Origin: a virus
Taxonomy: Duplodnaviria; Heunggongvirae; Uroviricota; Caudoviricetes
DNA length: 64,000 nucleotides
IMG/VR virus record: IMGVR_UViG_3300028666_000024
Span: 1 to 64,000 of that record
Reading direction: 5' to 3' (one strand)
Position 1 is the stretch's first letter. Each line of letters starts with the position of its first letter. The notes under the pieces are model-generated. The model worked only from the letters and a program-made list of their open reading frames with translations. It did not search any database and was not told the origin of the DNA. Shown in pieces: positions 44,631-55,803 of this stretch. The translations under genes were made by a program, and so were the position numbers.

Positions 44631-46313
44631 TTATACTTTCTTCAAATTCTTAATCTTCGAGGTAGGTTTCTTAACAGGTAGAATTTTCTGTTGAGTTTTT
44701 CCATTACCCTTCTCAGACCAAGTATTTTTACTCAAACCCTTCTTTTTAACACTTGGAAGTTTAACTGATAGATGAACCTGATTTGGTTTTTCAACCTTAC
44801 CGGCAGGACCACCAGATTGAGTTTTAGAAGATATAACCGGCTTCTTCACATCCAAAATCTTCTTAGGTGGTTTAGAAGGTTTAGCAGTTAGTGCGGCAGA
44901 CGGTGGTGCTTTCTTCGCAACGGCGGGTGCTTTATTTGTATTTAGAATCTTCTGCATTGTCTTCATTCCACTTTGATGAGTCCATTTATTAGTTGGTCCC
45001 TTTTTCGGTTTAGCAGACTCTGGTTTTGATGCTGCACCCTTACCAGTAAACAACTTTGCCTTCTTCAACCAATTTTTACACTTTTTACAATCCTCATCAA
45101 GAAGATTTTCAACTTCAGAAATTAATTCCAAAGCTTCTAAATCTTTCAAATCACCATTTTGAAGTGCATAAAGTTCTCCAATTTGATCTTCGGAAAGGAC
45201 AGTTCTAAATTCTTTGACAACATCTTCAGAAAGTTCAGATGTATCAATAGGTAATTCCTGTTCAAATTCTTCAATATCAGAAATCTTCAGTGATAATAAG
45301 TTACCTGATTCATCAAGAACATTAATTGCTTCTGGATCATTTTCAACTTCTTCGACAACAGAATACCATTTGCCTTTAGAACAAACCAACTTTCCAATCA
45401 TCTTTTCAATTTCAAAATTTACAATCTCTGGAAGAATTCCATCAATACTTTGAAAGTCTTCAGAAAGGATTTGGGAAAATTTTAATTTGAAAGATTCTTC
45501 AAAACCTTCTTCCTTTTCTTTATCTTCCTCTTCAGGAGATTCATCTTTCTCTTCTTTCTCCTTACCTTCCTTCTCTTCCTTTTCCTTGTCTTCGTCTTTA
45601 TCCTTCTCTTCTTTATCTTTCTTTTCATCCTCATCAGCAAGAATTTCATCCAGACCTTCGAGAGTAACAGTATAATCATGTTGAGAATAAAAGTCCTGCA
45701 TGAACTCAACTACAGTCTTGATGGTTTCCTTATCGGAGATTTCCATTCTTTCAAGTTCCTCTTCATTGTTTTCTGTAACAGTAAGCAACTCTTCTTCCTC
45801 ATCATACTTGATAGTTACAGTCTGCTCTTCATCTTCAGAGGTTGGTTCAGTCTCTACCTTGTTGGGTTGGTCGTTAATCATTCCATCACCTTCACCCGGA
45901 GTCTTATCAGATGGTTCACCAATAGCATCACCAATAGCATCTCCCTCTTCCTCAATAGTTTTCTTACCCTTCTTTTTCTTCGAAGATTCAGTTGTGATTG
46001 TTGGTTCGGAACCTTTAGAAGCATTATTAATTACAATCTTAATCTGACCTTCTGTCAAATTTTCAATCTTATTTACAAGATAATCAATATTCTCTTTGAC
46101 AAATTGAACATCAATATTTTTAGGGGCTGTCTTAGGATCAGAGAGTTCGGTTCTAATCTTCTCAATAGCTTGTTCTTTGTCAGCATATATCTCATTGAAC
46201 GCCTCACACAAAACTGGTACGGCAAGTTTCCATTTGTTTAAAATAAGATCTTTGGCCTCTTTAAGATTTTCATTTCGATAAATAGACAGATAATCAGCAA
46301 AACTAAAACTCAT
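44631..46313 (-). CDS. highly acidic protein with low-complexity E/D/K core and basic K/P-rich C-terminus (560 aa)
   Basis: ORF; composition resembles scaffold or internal virion proteins. Confidence 0.55.
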   Translation of the reverse strand: MSFSFADYLSIYRNENLKEAKDLILNKWKLAVPVLCEAFNEIYADKEQAIEKIRTELSDPKTAPKNIDVQFVKENIDYLVNKIENLTEGQIKIVINNASKGSEPTITTESSKKKKGKKTIEEEGDAIGDAIGEPSDKTPGEGDGMINDQPNKVETEPTSEDEEQTVTIKYDEEEELLTVTENNEEELERMEISDKETIKTVVEFMQDFYSQHDYTVTLEGLDEILADEDEKKDKEEKDKDEDKEKEEKEGKEKEEKDESPEEEDKEKEEGFEESFKLKFSQILSEDFQSIDGILPEIVNFEIEKMIGKLVCSKGKWYSVVEEVENDPEAINVLDESGNLLSLKISDIEEFEQELPIDTSELSEDVVKEFRTVLSEDQIGELYALQNGDLKDLEALELISEVENLLDEDCKKCKNWLKKAKLFTGKGAASKPESAKPKKGPTNKWTHQSGMKTMQKILNTNKAPAVAKKAPPSAALTAKPSKPPKKILDVKKPVISSKTQSGGPAGKVEKPNQVHLSVKLPSVKKKGLSKNTWSEKGNGKTQQKILPVKKPTSKIKNLKKV

Positions 46314-46333
46314 ATAATACCCCTTTGTTTATA

Positions 46334-46448
46334 TTTAAAATTTTAACTCTTGAATTTCATCACCATTATCAGGATCTTCTATATTGTAATAATCCTGAAA
46401 AGATTGGAAGTCTTCTAAAACATCATCAATTTCTTCTTCCAAATTCAT
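46334..46448 (-). CDS. small acidic peptide (37 aa)
   Basis: GGAG RBS. Confidence 0.3.
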
Positions 46449-46552
46449 TCTTAATCTCCTGAAAAGACTTCGTAAAGACTTCGTAAAAGACTTCGTAAAG
46501 TATTTATAATGCAATTAGATAACTAAATTTATACAAGATAACATACACAGAG

Positions 46553-47116
46553 TTATATTCCTGCGTTAATATCAATAGTGTGATACTCCATCAATCTAAA
46601 TTTTAAATTAGATGTCCAAGTAACTTCATTTGAACTTCCATATTCTAAAGCAAGACTACTAATCATAGTCGGTAAACAATCTTTAAAACTTATAGTTGCT
46701 ATTGTTTTTTTTGCAGCATTAAGGAAATTTACATCTACAGAATTTATAAAATATTTTGAAATAAGATTTGAATTTGTTGTATCAATATCTCCGTAACGCA
46801 AACTTCTAATCCAGTCTAAAAAATTTAAATAATTAATTGCATTTTGTGAAAGAACAAATGTAATCTGAAATTCAGAAAGTGTGTCGTTAATTTTAGAAAA
46901 AGGATGATTTATGGTCACACCGCTGAAGTTACTTGGAATTGTTTGAATATTATAATCTGGAATTACTATTGATTTAATGTAGTTATCATAATATCTTTTA
47001 TCTATCTTGATATGACTTGGAAGGTTTGAAAACACAACTGAAAAAAAATCATTCTTTATCGTGTTTGGAAAATTATCCGTCACTACACTTAAATTAAAAT
47101 CTGCTTCTGTTTCCAT
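46553..47116 (-). CDS. hypothetical protein (187 aa)
   Basis: ORF. Confidence 0.5.
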   Translation of the reverse strand: METEADFNLSVVTDNFPNTIKNDFFSVVFSNLPSHIKIDKRYYDNYIKSIVIPDYNIQTIPSNFSGVTINHPFSKINDTLSEFQITFVLSQNAINYLNFLDWIRSLRYGDIDTTNSNLISKYFINSVDVNFLNAAKKTIATISFKDCLPTMISSLALEYGSSNEVTWTSNLKFRLMEYHTIDINAGI

Positions 47117-47172
47117 TTTTAAATCCTCTGAAAATCCTTGTAAAAGTATTTATAACTCTTTCAAAATTCTTC

Positions 47173-47201
47173 TTGCATTCTTTCCCGGCATGATATATAT
47201 T
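47173..47201 (+). promoter_or_regulatory. sigma70-like promoter TTGCAT-N17-TATATT with CCCGGCATG in the spacer
   Basis: ttgcat tctttcccggcatgata tatatt. Confidence 0.5.
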
Positions 47202-47249
47202 TAAAAGGTGAACCATATTTCAAACTGATTTTAAAAACTTCTCAAAGGA

Positions 47250-47750
47250 TTGAAAATTATGAAAACACTTTTAAAACTCTTTTCAATCATTCTTATTTGT
47301 TTTTGTGTTGGTTACTCACAAGACAGTTCTTCTCATAAAGACTTTCATTTTTTGAAACTCACATACTATTTGACTTTAGGAGTGCTACCAGAATATAATC
47401 AATCTGTTGCTACAGGTGTTAATAATTATGGAAGTGAATTTAAACCAATTGTTGCTCCTGTTGAAACAAACCTTGGGACAGATTTTATATTTTTTAACCA
47501 TTTTAAAATTTTTTTTAATATTAATAATTATGAATATTTGACTAATTATGATATTACTGCCGCTTATCCGTTTCAAATTACATATATTATTGGAACTGAA
47601 ATTATTTTAAATAAAAACATAACATTAGGATTTAATCATGAATGTACTCATCCTGTAATTTACAATTCTACTCTTCAAATGTCTTCAAATTATTATTATC
47701 ATAATCAAACAAACATATTTATAACATTTTCAAATACAAGTTATTTTTAA
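47250..47750 (+). CDS. small outer-membrane beta-barrel protein (Lom/OmpX/Ail-like)
   Basis: Signal peptide MKIMKTLLKLFSIILICFCVGYSQ, alternating beta-strand pattern, C-terminal ...TSYF; ~166 aa; adjacent to the tail fiber gene, as lom is in lambda. Confidence 0.5.
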   Translation: MKIMKTLLKLFSIILICFCVGYSQDSSSHKDFHFLKLTYYLTLGVLPEYNQSVATGVNNYGSEFKPIVAPVETNLGTDFIFFNHFKIFFNINNYEYLTNYDITAAYPFQITYIIGTEIILNKNITLGFNHECTHPVIYNSTLQMSSNYYYHNQTNIFITFSNTSYF

Positions 47751-50011
47751 TCTGTTTCATAAGTTAATGTAAAATTTAAAAAATCTCCATTTGAAATTCC
47801 TGTTGGATAGTTAATTACAAGATATGATGTTGTTCCCCAATAAATTTTATGACTTAATGTAAATGTTGCTGGACCAGAACCATTACCATTATATAAATAA
47901 AAAGGAAGCCATGATTGTGCTTGATAAAATATTGAAGATGGAGCATATAATGATGTAAATAAAGAATTTGCCGATAAAGAAATAGTTAAAAATGATCCTG
48001 AAGGTGATCCCGGACAAATTATTTTTCCATACATTATAACAGTTTTACCTATTTTTGTTGCTCTTAAAAATCCTCCAGTAAAACTAAACCCATTAGTAAG
48101 TGTAACTCCAGAACTTAAATTAACCCATTGTCCAATATAATTTGTATTACCATTTTCAAAGTAATGTCCTGTCGCGCTCACACTTGTTGCACTCAAATTA
48201 TTTAAAGTTGTGTTTCCATTCGCGCTCAAGGTTCCATTAATTACAGCATCCTCTCCATAATAACTACCATTCCATATATTTACTCCACCATTATCAAGAT
48301 ATAGATTTTTAAACGTTTTACCAGTTGATTGTCCTATATCCAAATCGTTCATAAGACCCTGATCTGGAATCAAAGTATCTGATATTTTTAAAAATCCATC
48401 TGTAGAACCATGTATATAATTTACATATAGATTTCCATAGTGTTTGCTTGTAGTTCCTAAATCAAATGAATTGTCTGATACAGGAACAAGTGATTTAGCA
48501 ATACTAATAAACGGGCTTTCTGTAGTTAAAATATTAAAATCTCCTGTGACAGCATGAACACTTGCAAAAGATGGTCCGGGAAAAGTTCCAAGATTTGAAA
48601 CTCCATTTTTTGGAAGAATATCTCCGCTCAGATAAATATCATTAAATTGACTTAAATTACTTCCTAAATCTATTTCATTACTTCCCGGCACTATAGTAGT
48701 TTCAAGAGTGATTTCACCACCACTAGCAGAGGTTATATAATCTACGTTGAGAGATGAGTTATATATGTTTTGAAATGGTTTATCTGAAGTTCCTAATGAT
48801 CTCATAGCACTATCTGGAACAATTGTAGAGTTTAGAATTATTTCACCATTACCATCTACACCACCATTGTTTCCAATAACGTTTGTATTCAGTCCACCAC
48901 TCAGGATAGTTATACCATCATTCCCCACTTGAAGATAGGCTGTAGAGGCTCCTGAAGCGTTTTGTGAGATATATAGAGTTCCATCGCTTCCAACATTCAT
49001 AGTTTGAAAATTATCATTACCGAGCGAGCCTGAAGTATCTAATCTCAATGTATCAGCAGAGGTTAGATTATTTAATGAAATTGAACCATCTAACGGACGA
49101 AGGTGAAGAGCTGCGAGAAGATCATTACCACCAGCTAGAGCACCAACACCAACGGCAGTATCAGTATAAAGACCGTTTACTGTTCTGTCCCAATATTCAC
49201 TGGAAGGTTGATATACAATGTTACTAAAATCTCCGGCACTTGTTTGAAACTCTAAATCAATATCACAAACAAAATCATCGAAACCAATCTCCGAAACATC
49301 TGAAATAACAATAGGATAATTTGAAACAAAAGCATCAGCAAAATAGACAGGATCACCAATTTCATTTCCATTTGAAGAAACAGCAACTGCATAAAGAGCA
49401 ATTCTATTAAATTTAAAATTTCCATTTGAAGAATTAAGATGTATTTTAAAACGTCCTCTTGTTTTTCCCATATCATCTATAACAGGATAAAATTGATTAA
49501 CTTTCCAAAATAAAGATTCATCGAGTGAATTATTATTAGCATAAAAATTTGAACTAACTAATCCATCATGTGAAACTCCTTGATTTCCCCATGAAGTATC
49601 TGCTGAGGTTGGAGGTGTCATTGGTGGTTGTCCAGAAGCAGATAGAATATTATAATCACTCAGAGGAAGATTAGTTGTTCCATTAAAAAATGTATTAATA
49701 CCAATACCAACTGAATCAGTAATAGTTCTATTATTTTGACTTACAATAAAAGAATCATCAACATTAAAATAACCGGGAAGATTCCATATCATTTCACATG
49801 AATTTGGAGGGCAATTTGGTGTTCTTGAAAATATTTCTCCTGATAGACTTGAATAAGCTGAAGTATTAACAGCAACCCCGGTACAAACATCCTTATCGAG
49901 TCTATAGTCATAAACAGGGACAAAGTATTTAATATTGATAAGTGGACCTTCAGGTGATGATTCATTTATCTTGTTTAATCCAGCACTTGTTATTACGATA
50001 TTTATTGCCAC
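47747..50011 (-). CDS. tail fiber protein (754 aa)
   Basis: Long G/S/T/N-rich ORF at the distal end of the baseplate module. Confidence 0.55.
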   Translation of the reverse strand: MAINIVITSAGLNKINESSPEGPLINIKYFVPVYDYRLDKDVCTGVAVNTSAYSSLSGEIFSRTPNCPPNSCEMIWNLPGYFNVDDSFIVSQNNRTITDSVGIGINTFFNGTTNLPLSDYNILSASGQPPMTPPTSADTSWGNQGVSHDGLVSSNFYANNNSLDESLFWKVNQFYPVIDDMGKTRGRFKIHLNSSNGNFKFNRIALYAVAVSSNGNEIGDPVYFADAFVSNYPIVISDVSEIGFDDFVCDIDLEFQTSAGDFSNIVYQPSSEYWDRTVNGLYTDTAVGVGALAGGNDLLAALHLRPLDGSISLNNLTSADTLRLDTSGSLGNDNFQTMNVGSDGTLYISQNASGASTAYLQVGNDGITILSGGLNTNVIGNNGGVDGNGEIILNSTIVPDSAMRSLGTSDKPFQNIYNSSLNVDYITSASGGEITLETTIVPGSNEIDLGSNLSQFNDIYLSGDILPKNGVSNLGTFPGPSFASVHAVTGDFNILTTESPFISIAKSLVPVSDNSFDLGTTSKHYGNLYVNYIHGSTDGFLKISDTLIPDQGLMNDLDIGQSTGKTFKNLYLDNGGVNIWNGSYYGEDAVINGTLSANGNTTLNNLSATSVSATGHYFENGNTNYIGQWVNLSSGVTLTNGFSFTGGFLRATKIGKTVIMYGKIICPGSPSGSFLTISLSANSLFTSLYAPSSIFYQAQSWLPFYLYNGNGSGPATFTLSHKIYWGTTSYLVINYPTGISNGDFLNFTLTYETD

Positions 50012-50080
50012 GTTTAAAACTCCTTTAAAATCTTCTTCTCAAATATTTATAATTCTTTATGAAACTCTTTATGAAACTCT

Positions 50081-51559
50081 TTAAACTATTTGATTAACTT
50101 CGCCGGTTAAATTATTTTGTAAAATAACCCCAATAGTATCATTTTTTATTTTTTCGATATAATTTCCAATTCTCATATATCTTCTGTATCGAATAATTCC
50201 TTTGACATAAAAACCTAAATTTCTTTCAATATATCCTGAAAGTTGTTTGAATACACAATTGATAGGTCTGATTGAGTCAATTGCTCTTATCACTGCTGCT
50301 CTACGTGTAATGTCTGAAACTATATCAACAGATGAATCAATATCTATCTTCAAAGCAAAATGAGGAGTTGAATATGAGTTTTGTGGAACATCTTGTAATT
50401 GTTTTGAATAATCTAAATACCAACTCCATTTTTGATTAGAATTCATATCTGTATAATATTTTATTAAATCACCAACAAGACCGAAAGAATAAAGCATAAC
50501 CTGCACTGCTGATTCTGTTGTTTTAATTTTATACCACATCGGTAAATTAGAAACCATAAATCTAAGATACTTATTAATATCTCCTTGATTTAAAATATTT
50601 TCTGTTGTTCCGAAATTTCCAAGTTCACTTCCAACATCATCTCTGTAAACATTTAAACTATATCCTAAGTTCTTTGCAAAGTATTGAATGAAATCTATAT
50701 CAATTAAATCTGGATCATGTGTTTCTGATAATCTAAAAATCTTTTCAAGAATAGAAAATTTAGTTGTTGTTAGTTCATCTTCAATCATATATCTTTCATT
50801 TTGAGAAGAACCTAAATTATAACCATTAGTAAAACCAGAAAACCCTTCATTTGAATATCCATCAACTCCATCAAACATATTATTTAAAAAATCTTCAAAA
50901 AACTTTAGAAAACTTGCAACATCTGTTTCTAAATAGTTGCTCGGAAGATATTTCAAAAGACTTAGATTTCTATTTTGAGAATATCTATTTGGAATATCAT
51001 TTGATAATATTGTAAAATAAGTCCTATTAAAATATTTTAAACATTTAAAAGATTCAATCTCTTGAGAACTATTTATAAAATCATTTGAAATAATGTTATA
51101 AGAATTATCAAGTTCAATAAGTTCTCCCTCAAGATCATTTTCAAAAATAAATTGATTGTCTGTTGTTGGAAAACTCATTTGAAAATTTATTGTAAGATTT
51201 AATTTATTTACAAAATTTAAAATAGTTGGATCATTCTCGTCAATAGAAAAAGAATCAAACCACGCAGATAAAGATGGTTGACTTGACAAATTTTCTAATA
51301 ACTTTTGAACAATTGTTATTTCTGAATCTGCTGATGTTGCTGTTGCTGAAATATAAAGTCCATTATCAATACCTAATGTATATGTTCCTATTAAAATAGA
51401 TGTCACTTTAAATGATGCGGAATAAATATCTCCATCTCTTAGTGAATCTAATACAGAATAATTCAGAGAAAATCTTCCATTAGAATTTCTTATTGTAATT
51501 CCTGAAAGATCAGTCTCTGAAAAATTTCCCTGAATTGGTATTAAGATAGTATTGATCAT
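50081..51559 (-). CDS. baseplate/tail fiber-associated protein (492 aa)
   Basis: Position in the module. Confidence 0.45.
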   Translation of the reverse strand: MINTILIPIQGNFSETDLSGITIRNSNGRFSLNYSVLDSLRDGDIYSASFKVTSILIGTYTLGIDNGLYISATATSADSEITIVQKLLENLSSQPSLSAWFDSFSIDENDPTILNFVNKLNLTINFQMSFPTTDNQFIFENDLEGELIELDNSYNIISNDFINSSQEIESFKCLKYFNRTYFTILSNDIPNRYSQNRNLSLLKYLPSNYLETDVASFLKFFEDFLNNMFDGVDGYSNEGFSGFTNGYNLGSSQNERYMIEDELTTTKFSILEKIFRLSETHDPDLIDIDFIQYFAKNLGYSLNVYRDDVGSELGNFGTTENILNQGDINKYLRFMVSNLPMWYKIKTTESAVQVMLYSFGLVGDLIKYYTDMNSNQKWSWYLDYSKQLQDVPQNSYSTPHFALKIDIDSSVDIVSDITRRAAVIRAIDSIRPINCVFKQLSGYIERNLGFYVKGIIRYRRYMRIGNYIEKIKNDTIGVILQNNLTGEVNQIV

Positions 51560-52155
51560 TATTTTTTCTGTTCAATTGGAGTTTTTCTAATAAATTGTAA
51601 ATCTCCGTTTGGTAATTTTCCGACCTTGGCATTTAATGTTGATATATGAGTCCATTTATTATTTTTTAAATTTTTTGTAAAGGACAAATTATGATGAACA
51701 AAATATCCCTTTGGAATAACTTTAATAAGATTTGTTTTGATAGCATTTCTTATTTCTGTTTGCATCCATCCGGGTTTTGATGCACTTGTATATGTTGCAG
51801 CGATAGTTTTTAAAATAGTATTTGGTCCTGTTGTTATAATAACTTCACCACAATTTCCACTAGGTTCTGTGTCAACATAAACAGTTCCATCCAAAACTTC
51901 AGGAAGCCAAAATCCTTTATCTACAACAACATCAGAGTCTGCATAAATTCTTATTTCGTTTGCACTACAATTTCCACAATAATCCAATCTAAGTAAATCT
52001 GATTGAAGTGCGGGACCATACCCAACAGGATAAGCAGACAAATTAGTAATGAGTTTATAATTTGCTCCACTTGGTACTTTAGATTGAAAATTAGTCATAT
52101 CTTCTTGATAAAGTTTATTTGGATCTCCAACCCATGTCTGTATAATATTAACCAT
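51559..52155 (-). CDS. baseplate protein (198 aa)
   Basis: Position; overlapping stop/start. Confidence 0.4.
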   Translation of the reverse strand: MVNIIQTWVGDPNKLYQEDMTNFQSKVPSGANYKLITNLSAYPVGYGPALQSDLLRLDYCGNCSANEIRIYADSDVVVDKGFWLPEVLDGTVYVDTEPSGNCGEVIITTGPNTILKTIAATYTSASKPGWMQTEIRNAIKTNLIKVIPKGYFVHHNLSFTKNLKNNKWTHISTLNAKVGKLPNGDLQFIRKTPIEQKK

Positions 52156-52762
52156 TTGAACCTCCTAAAAATGACATTTGTATAAGCACATTAACTGCAA
52201 AACCACATCCGTTATATAAATTTAAAACACTATTACCATCAGAATCATTTTCTATATCAAAATTAATGTAGTTATCTCCATATCCACTAGATAGAAATAT
52301 CACATTTCCATTTCCAACACTGCTTCCACCTACATCATATAAATCGTCATCTACTAATAATATGGGGGAAAAATAACCAGATCCATCAGTAACAGTTGTT
52401 CCCATAAAACTTCCTGCTCCACATCGAGCACCACCACCATTTTGATTTACTATAACATTTCCCTTCATAACACTAGATTTATTATCTCTAGTTGCCAATA
52501 TACCCAAAGTTATAATATCATTAGGATCCATATTGATAAGAGTTTCAGGTTGTAAAAATTTATAAATTCCTGTATATCCATCACTTGAATCTGTTGTAAA
52601 AGAAAACTTATCATATTTTATATCACCACTCAAAATTTTTGGTTCATCAAGCATAATAGATGTTCGACAAGGACCAAGATTATTTATAATATCATCTTTG
52701 GTCATATTTCTTTCAATTATATTTTTTGATACTGCACCAGATTCTGTATAAATATTACTCAT
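52148..52762 (-). CDS. baseplate protein (gpI-like position, 204 aa)
   Basis: Position. Confidence 0.4.
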   Translation of the reverse strand: MSNIYTESGAVSKNIIERNMTKDDIINNLGPCRTSIMLDEPKILSGDIKYDKFSFTTDSSDGYTGIYKFLQPETLINMDPNDIITLGILATRDNKSSVMKGNVIVNQNGGGARCGAGSFMGTTVTDGSGYFSPILLVDDDLYDVGGSSVGNGNVIFLSSGYGDNYINFDIENDSDGNSVLNLYNGCGFAVNVLIQMSFLGGSNG

Positions 52763-52778
52763 TGTTTAGACTCCCTTT

Positions 52779-55385
52779 TTAATTTTTATATTGAAACTTT
52801 AAATCACAACTTACTCTTGGAATTTCAGTTCCTATAGAATATCCATATAAGTATTTATTGTTTGTAAAAACACTTTGTCCTATATCTCCATTTGTGTTTA
52901 TTAAACTCTGTCTGATAAATCTTGTATAGTCTTTATGAAGTGCTCCTATTATTCTTAAAAAATTATTAGATTTCAAAAAAGGATTTCCAATTAATTTTTG
53001 AGTTTCTAAATATTTTTTTATTACATTGAAAAAATCTCTCTCTGTTAAAATTCCATAATTTCCTGCCATCGTACTATTTAGTAGAAATGGTAAACCTGAT
53101 AATGATAATGAAGAAGGCCAATTGATATTAACCCACCCTGCTAACAATCCATTTACAAAATCATCATAATAAAAATTTCCACCAGTTGCAGAAGTTAAAG
53201 GATTTATAGGATAATCTGGAACAAAATTAACATCAGAATATTTTACACCATTAACACTTTGAATCAGTTTGATAATATTACTTAAATAAATAGGAGTATT
53301 AAAATCTGATTGATCGTCTAAAAATTTATAAATAGAATTTGTTATAGAATTCTTCACGGTTCCTACATCAAATAAAGGATTTATATAAATTGTTCCTGAT
53401 AAACTAAAATCTTGAATAATAGGACTAACGTAAATATTATTAACAGTTATTTCAGATCTTTGATTAAGACTATTAACAACATCAAGAATATTTTGAGATA
53501 TACTTCCATTTATATTGAAAAGAGTTTTTGTTGGAGATCCACTAAGATGCATGTTGTTAATTAAACCACCATTAACATCAACAAGACTTTTAACATAACA
53601 CACACTATTTGGATCGGAGGATAGATTAAACGTGTTGTTTGCTGATGTATAATAAAAATTTAAACCAGTGAAAGCAGAATTTCCATAATTACTATTTAAT
53701 AAATTATTTCCACCGCGTTGGTCTGTTATTGTCCCTATTGAAGTATTAATCATAGAGGTTATTGAATTCATATCTATAGGGAGAGTTATATCCGACCAAT
53801 CAAGATTAAAAATATAAGATGCAGATAAATCAGGATTATTATCTGATGTATAGCAAATTTTAACAGTCATTATAGTGCTTGTTGGATTTGAACTTAAAAC
53901 ATCATTATAAAATGTACTTGCTAAGGGAGTTCCAAATATATTCCAATTACCACTAGAAGTTTGATAAGTTTTCAACTGTCCTATCTGGTCTTGAGCAACA
54001 TAAATATTTAAATAACTTTGCATAGGAACACTATTTATATCATAATCTGCATCCAACACAACCTGAGATAAATCATCCTTCGGAGAGTATGGTGAATTAT
54101 CTGTTTGATAAAGACTTCCTAAACAAGTAAATAATGCAATATTAAACATCTTAGGATCAAATGGAAGATTTTGATTATTAATCTCTTCTTGTTCTCCCCA
54201 AGCAAGTGCATTTTTTATAACTATTGGAGTTGTTAAAGTTTTTAAATAATTTTGATAATCCTGTGCTGTAACAACTCGATCAAGAGAATAATATATTGCA
54301 GGAGCATTTATCTTGATAGAATCTAAACTTTCCATATCCGCTCCACCGGAAGGATTAGTTATAAAATTAAATGTTAAAAGACTACTATCGACAGTAGTAT
54401 TATTGTTCAAGAGAATGGAAGAATTTGCTCCGTTAAAATTAACCAACTCACCTATCAATCCTGTTTGATTTCCTTTTGAACCTATTGTAGAAAGATACTG
54501 AACATAAATATTATCATAAGAAGTTTGAGCACCACCAGCAACAATATCATTATTTACCTTAGCACCAAGACTTGCAAAGTTAGCATCACCAAAAAGCAAT
54601 TCAACCCCCTCATCAATTGCCGAACGAATCACACACATATTGATTGTTTGATTTTGTGCCAACGCCTGAATTGTTTTAATATTAATAAGAGATCTTGAAT
54701 CTATTTGAAACTCTGTTGTTGAATTTTGTTCGTTGGGATCTGTGCAAACCCATACTCTTGTCATAGGATTATCAAAATCATTTTCCCCGTAACAATTACT
54801 AAATGTTGGATCACTGATTCTATATGACTGAAATTTCTGACCACAAAGAGGATTTGTTGAACCGTTTATAGTTTGAGTCTTTTTCAATCCTTCAATCAAA
54901 GTAATATCTTTTCCAAACTCATCTGTAGTAAAAGTATATGGTTCTCCACTATTAAGAATATCATCTGTAATAAGCAAAGATACTGTGTTTTTCAAAATAT
55001 AATTAAAATTACTATATGAAAATTGAGTGTATTGAGGAATTTGTAAAATAGTATTTGAATTTTGAATCATATTTAAAATATCTGTTGATAATGTAATTGA
55101 AATGTTTGCAGAGGAAGGGATAGGTCTTTGAACAGAATATCCAAGACTTCGAGCGTTTACAATACCTGAACCTCTTAGTTTAGAAGTATCCAACCATGAT
55201 TCTTCCGTGCGCCGTTCCATATAATGCATAAGGAATTCAGCAACCCCACCAAAAATTTCATTAATCATTACTCCAACATCAGACTCCCTAATATTTACAA
55301 ATCTTGAATCATTCTTCATTGTTTGAATAATTTGAGATACTATACCGTTATATGATATATCATTATATTTTAAAAGATTATTCAT
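52779..55385 (-). CDS. baseplate wedge protein (gpJ/gp6-like, 868 aa)
   Basis: Large ORF immediately downstream of the gp25-like gene. Confidence 0.5.
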   Translation of the reverse strand: MNNLLKYNDISYNGIVSQIIQTMKNDSRFVNIRESDVGVMINEIFGGVAEFLMHYMERRTEESWLDTSKLRGSGIVNARSLGYSVQRPIPSSANISITLSTDILNMIQNSNTILQIPQYTQFSYSNFNYILKNTVSLLITDDILNSGEPYTFTTDEFGKDITLIEGLKKTQTINGSTNPLCGQKFQSYRISDPTFSNCYGENDFDNPMTRVWVCTDPNEQNSTTEFQIDSRSLINIKTIQALAQNQTINMCVIRSAIDEGVELLFGDANFASLGAKVNNDIVAGGAQTSYDNIYVQYLSTIGSKGNQTGLIGELVNFNGANSSILLNNNTTVDSSLLTFNFITNPSGGADMESLDSIKINAPAIYYSLDRVVTAQDYQNYLKTLTTPIVIKNALAWGEQEEINNQNLPFDPKMFNIALFTCLGSLYQTDNSPYSPKDDLSQVVLDADYDINSVPMQSYLNIYVAQDQIGQLKTYQTSSGNWNIFGTPLASTFYNDVLSSNPTSTIMTVKICYTSDNNPDLSASYIFNLDWSDITLPIDMNSITSMINTSIGTITDQRGGNNLLNSNYGNSAFTGLNFYYTSANNTFNLSSDPNSVCYVKSLVDVNGGLINNMHLSGSPTKTLFNINGSISQNILDVVNSLNQRSEITVNNIYVSPIIQDFSLSGTIYINPLFDVGTVKNSITNSIYKFLDDQSDFNTPIYLSNIIKLIQSVNGVKYSDVNFVPDYPINPLTSATGGNFYYDDFVNGLLAGWVNINWPSSLSLSGLPFLLNSTMAGNYGILTERDFFNVIKKYLETQKLIGNPFLKSNNFLRIIGALHKDYTRFIRQSLINTNGDIGQSVFTNNKYLYGYSIGTEIPRVSCDLKFQYKN

Positions 55386-55396
55386 TTATAAATTCC

Positions 55397-55783
55397 TTAT
55401 TGTATAATTATTTTGTAAAAATTTCCCTTTAATCCAGTAGCATTGATAATATATGGAATACTGATAGATGCAGAATGATTATCACTATTAATATTCAATC
55501 TTACTTGTGATTCAATTACACTAACTCTATTATCCCACATTTCGATTGCTTTTACAATATCATCTATAAGTTGATTACCCGCCTTTGTATCACCTATTTC
55601 AAAAACTCTCAACATCAAAGGACTTCCAAAGGAAAGATTAAAAAGTCTTTCTCCAATCATTGTTCCTAAAATACTTTCAATAGATTGATTTAAAACTCCT
55701 TCATTTACAACTTCACCTTTAGAAATTAGATTGAATGAAATATCATAAGCATAGTTATTTATTTGAAAATTATTTATAGACAT
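55397..55783 (-). CDS. baseplate wedge protein gp25/gpW-like (128 aa)
   Basis: ILGTMIGERLFNLSFGSPL matches the GPW_gp25 signature; typical size. Confidence 0.6.
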   Translation of the reverse strand: MSINNFQINNYAYDISFNLISKGEVVNEGVLNQSIESILGTMIGERLFNLSFGSPLMLRVFEIGDTKAGNQLIDDIVKAIEMWDNRVSVIESQVRLNINSDNHSASISIPYIINATGLKGNFYKIIIQ

Positions 55784-55803
55784 TTAGAACCCTTTAAAAG
55801 TAT

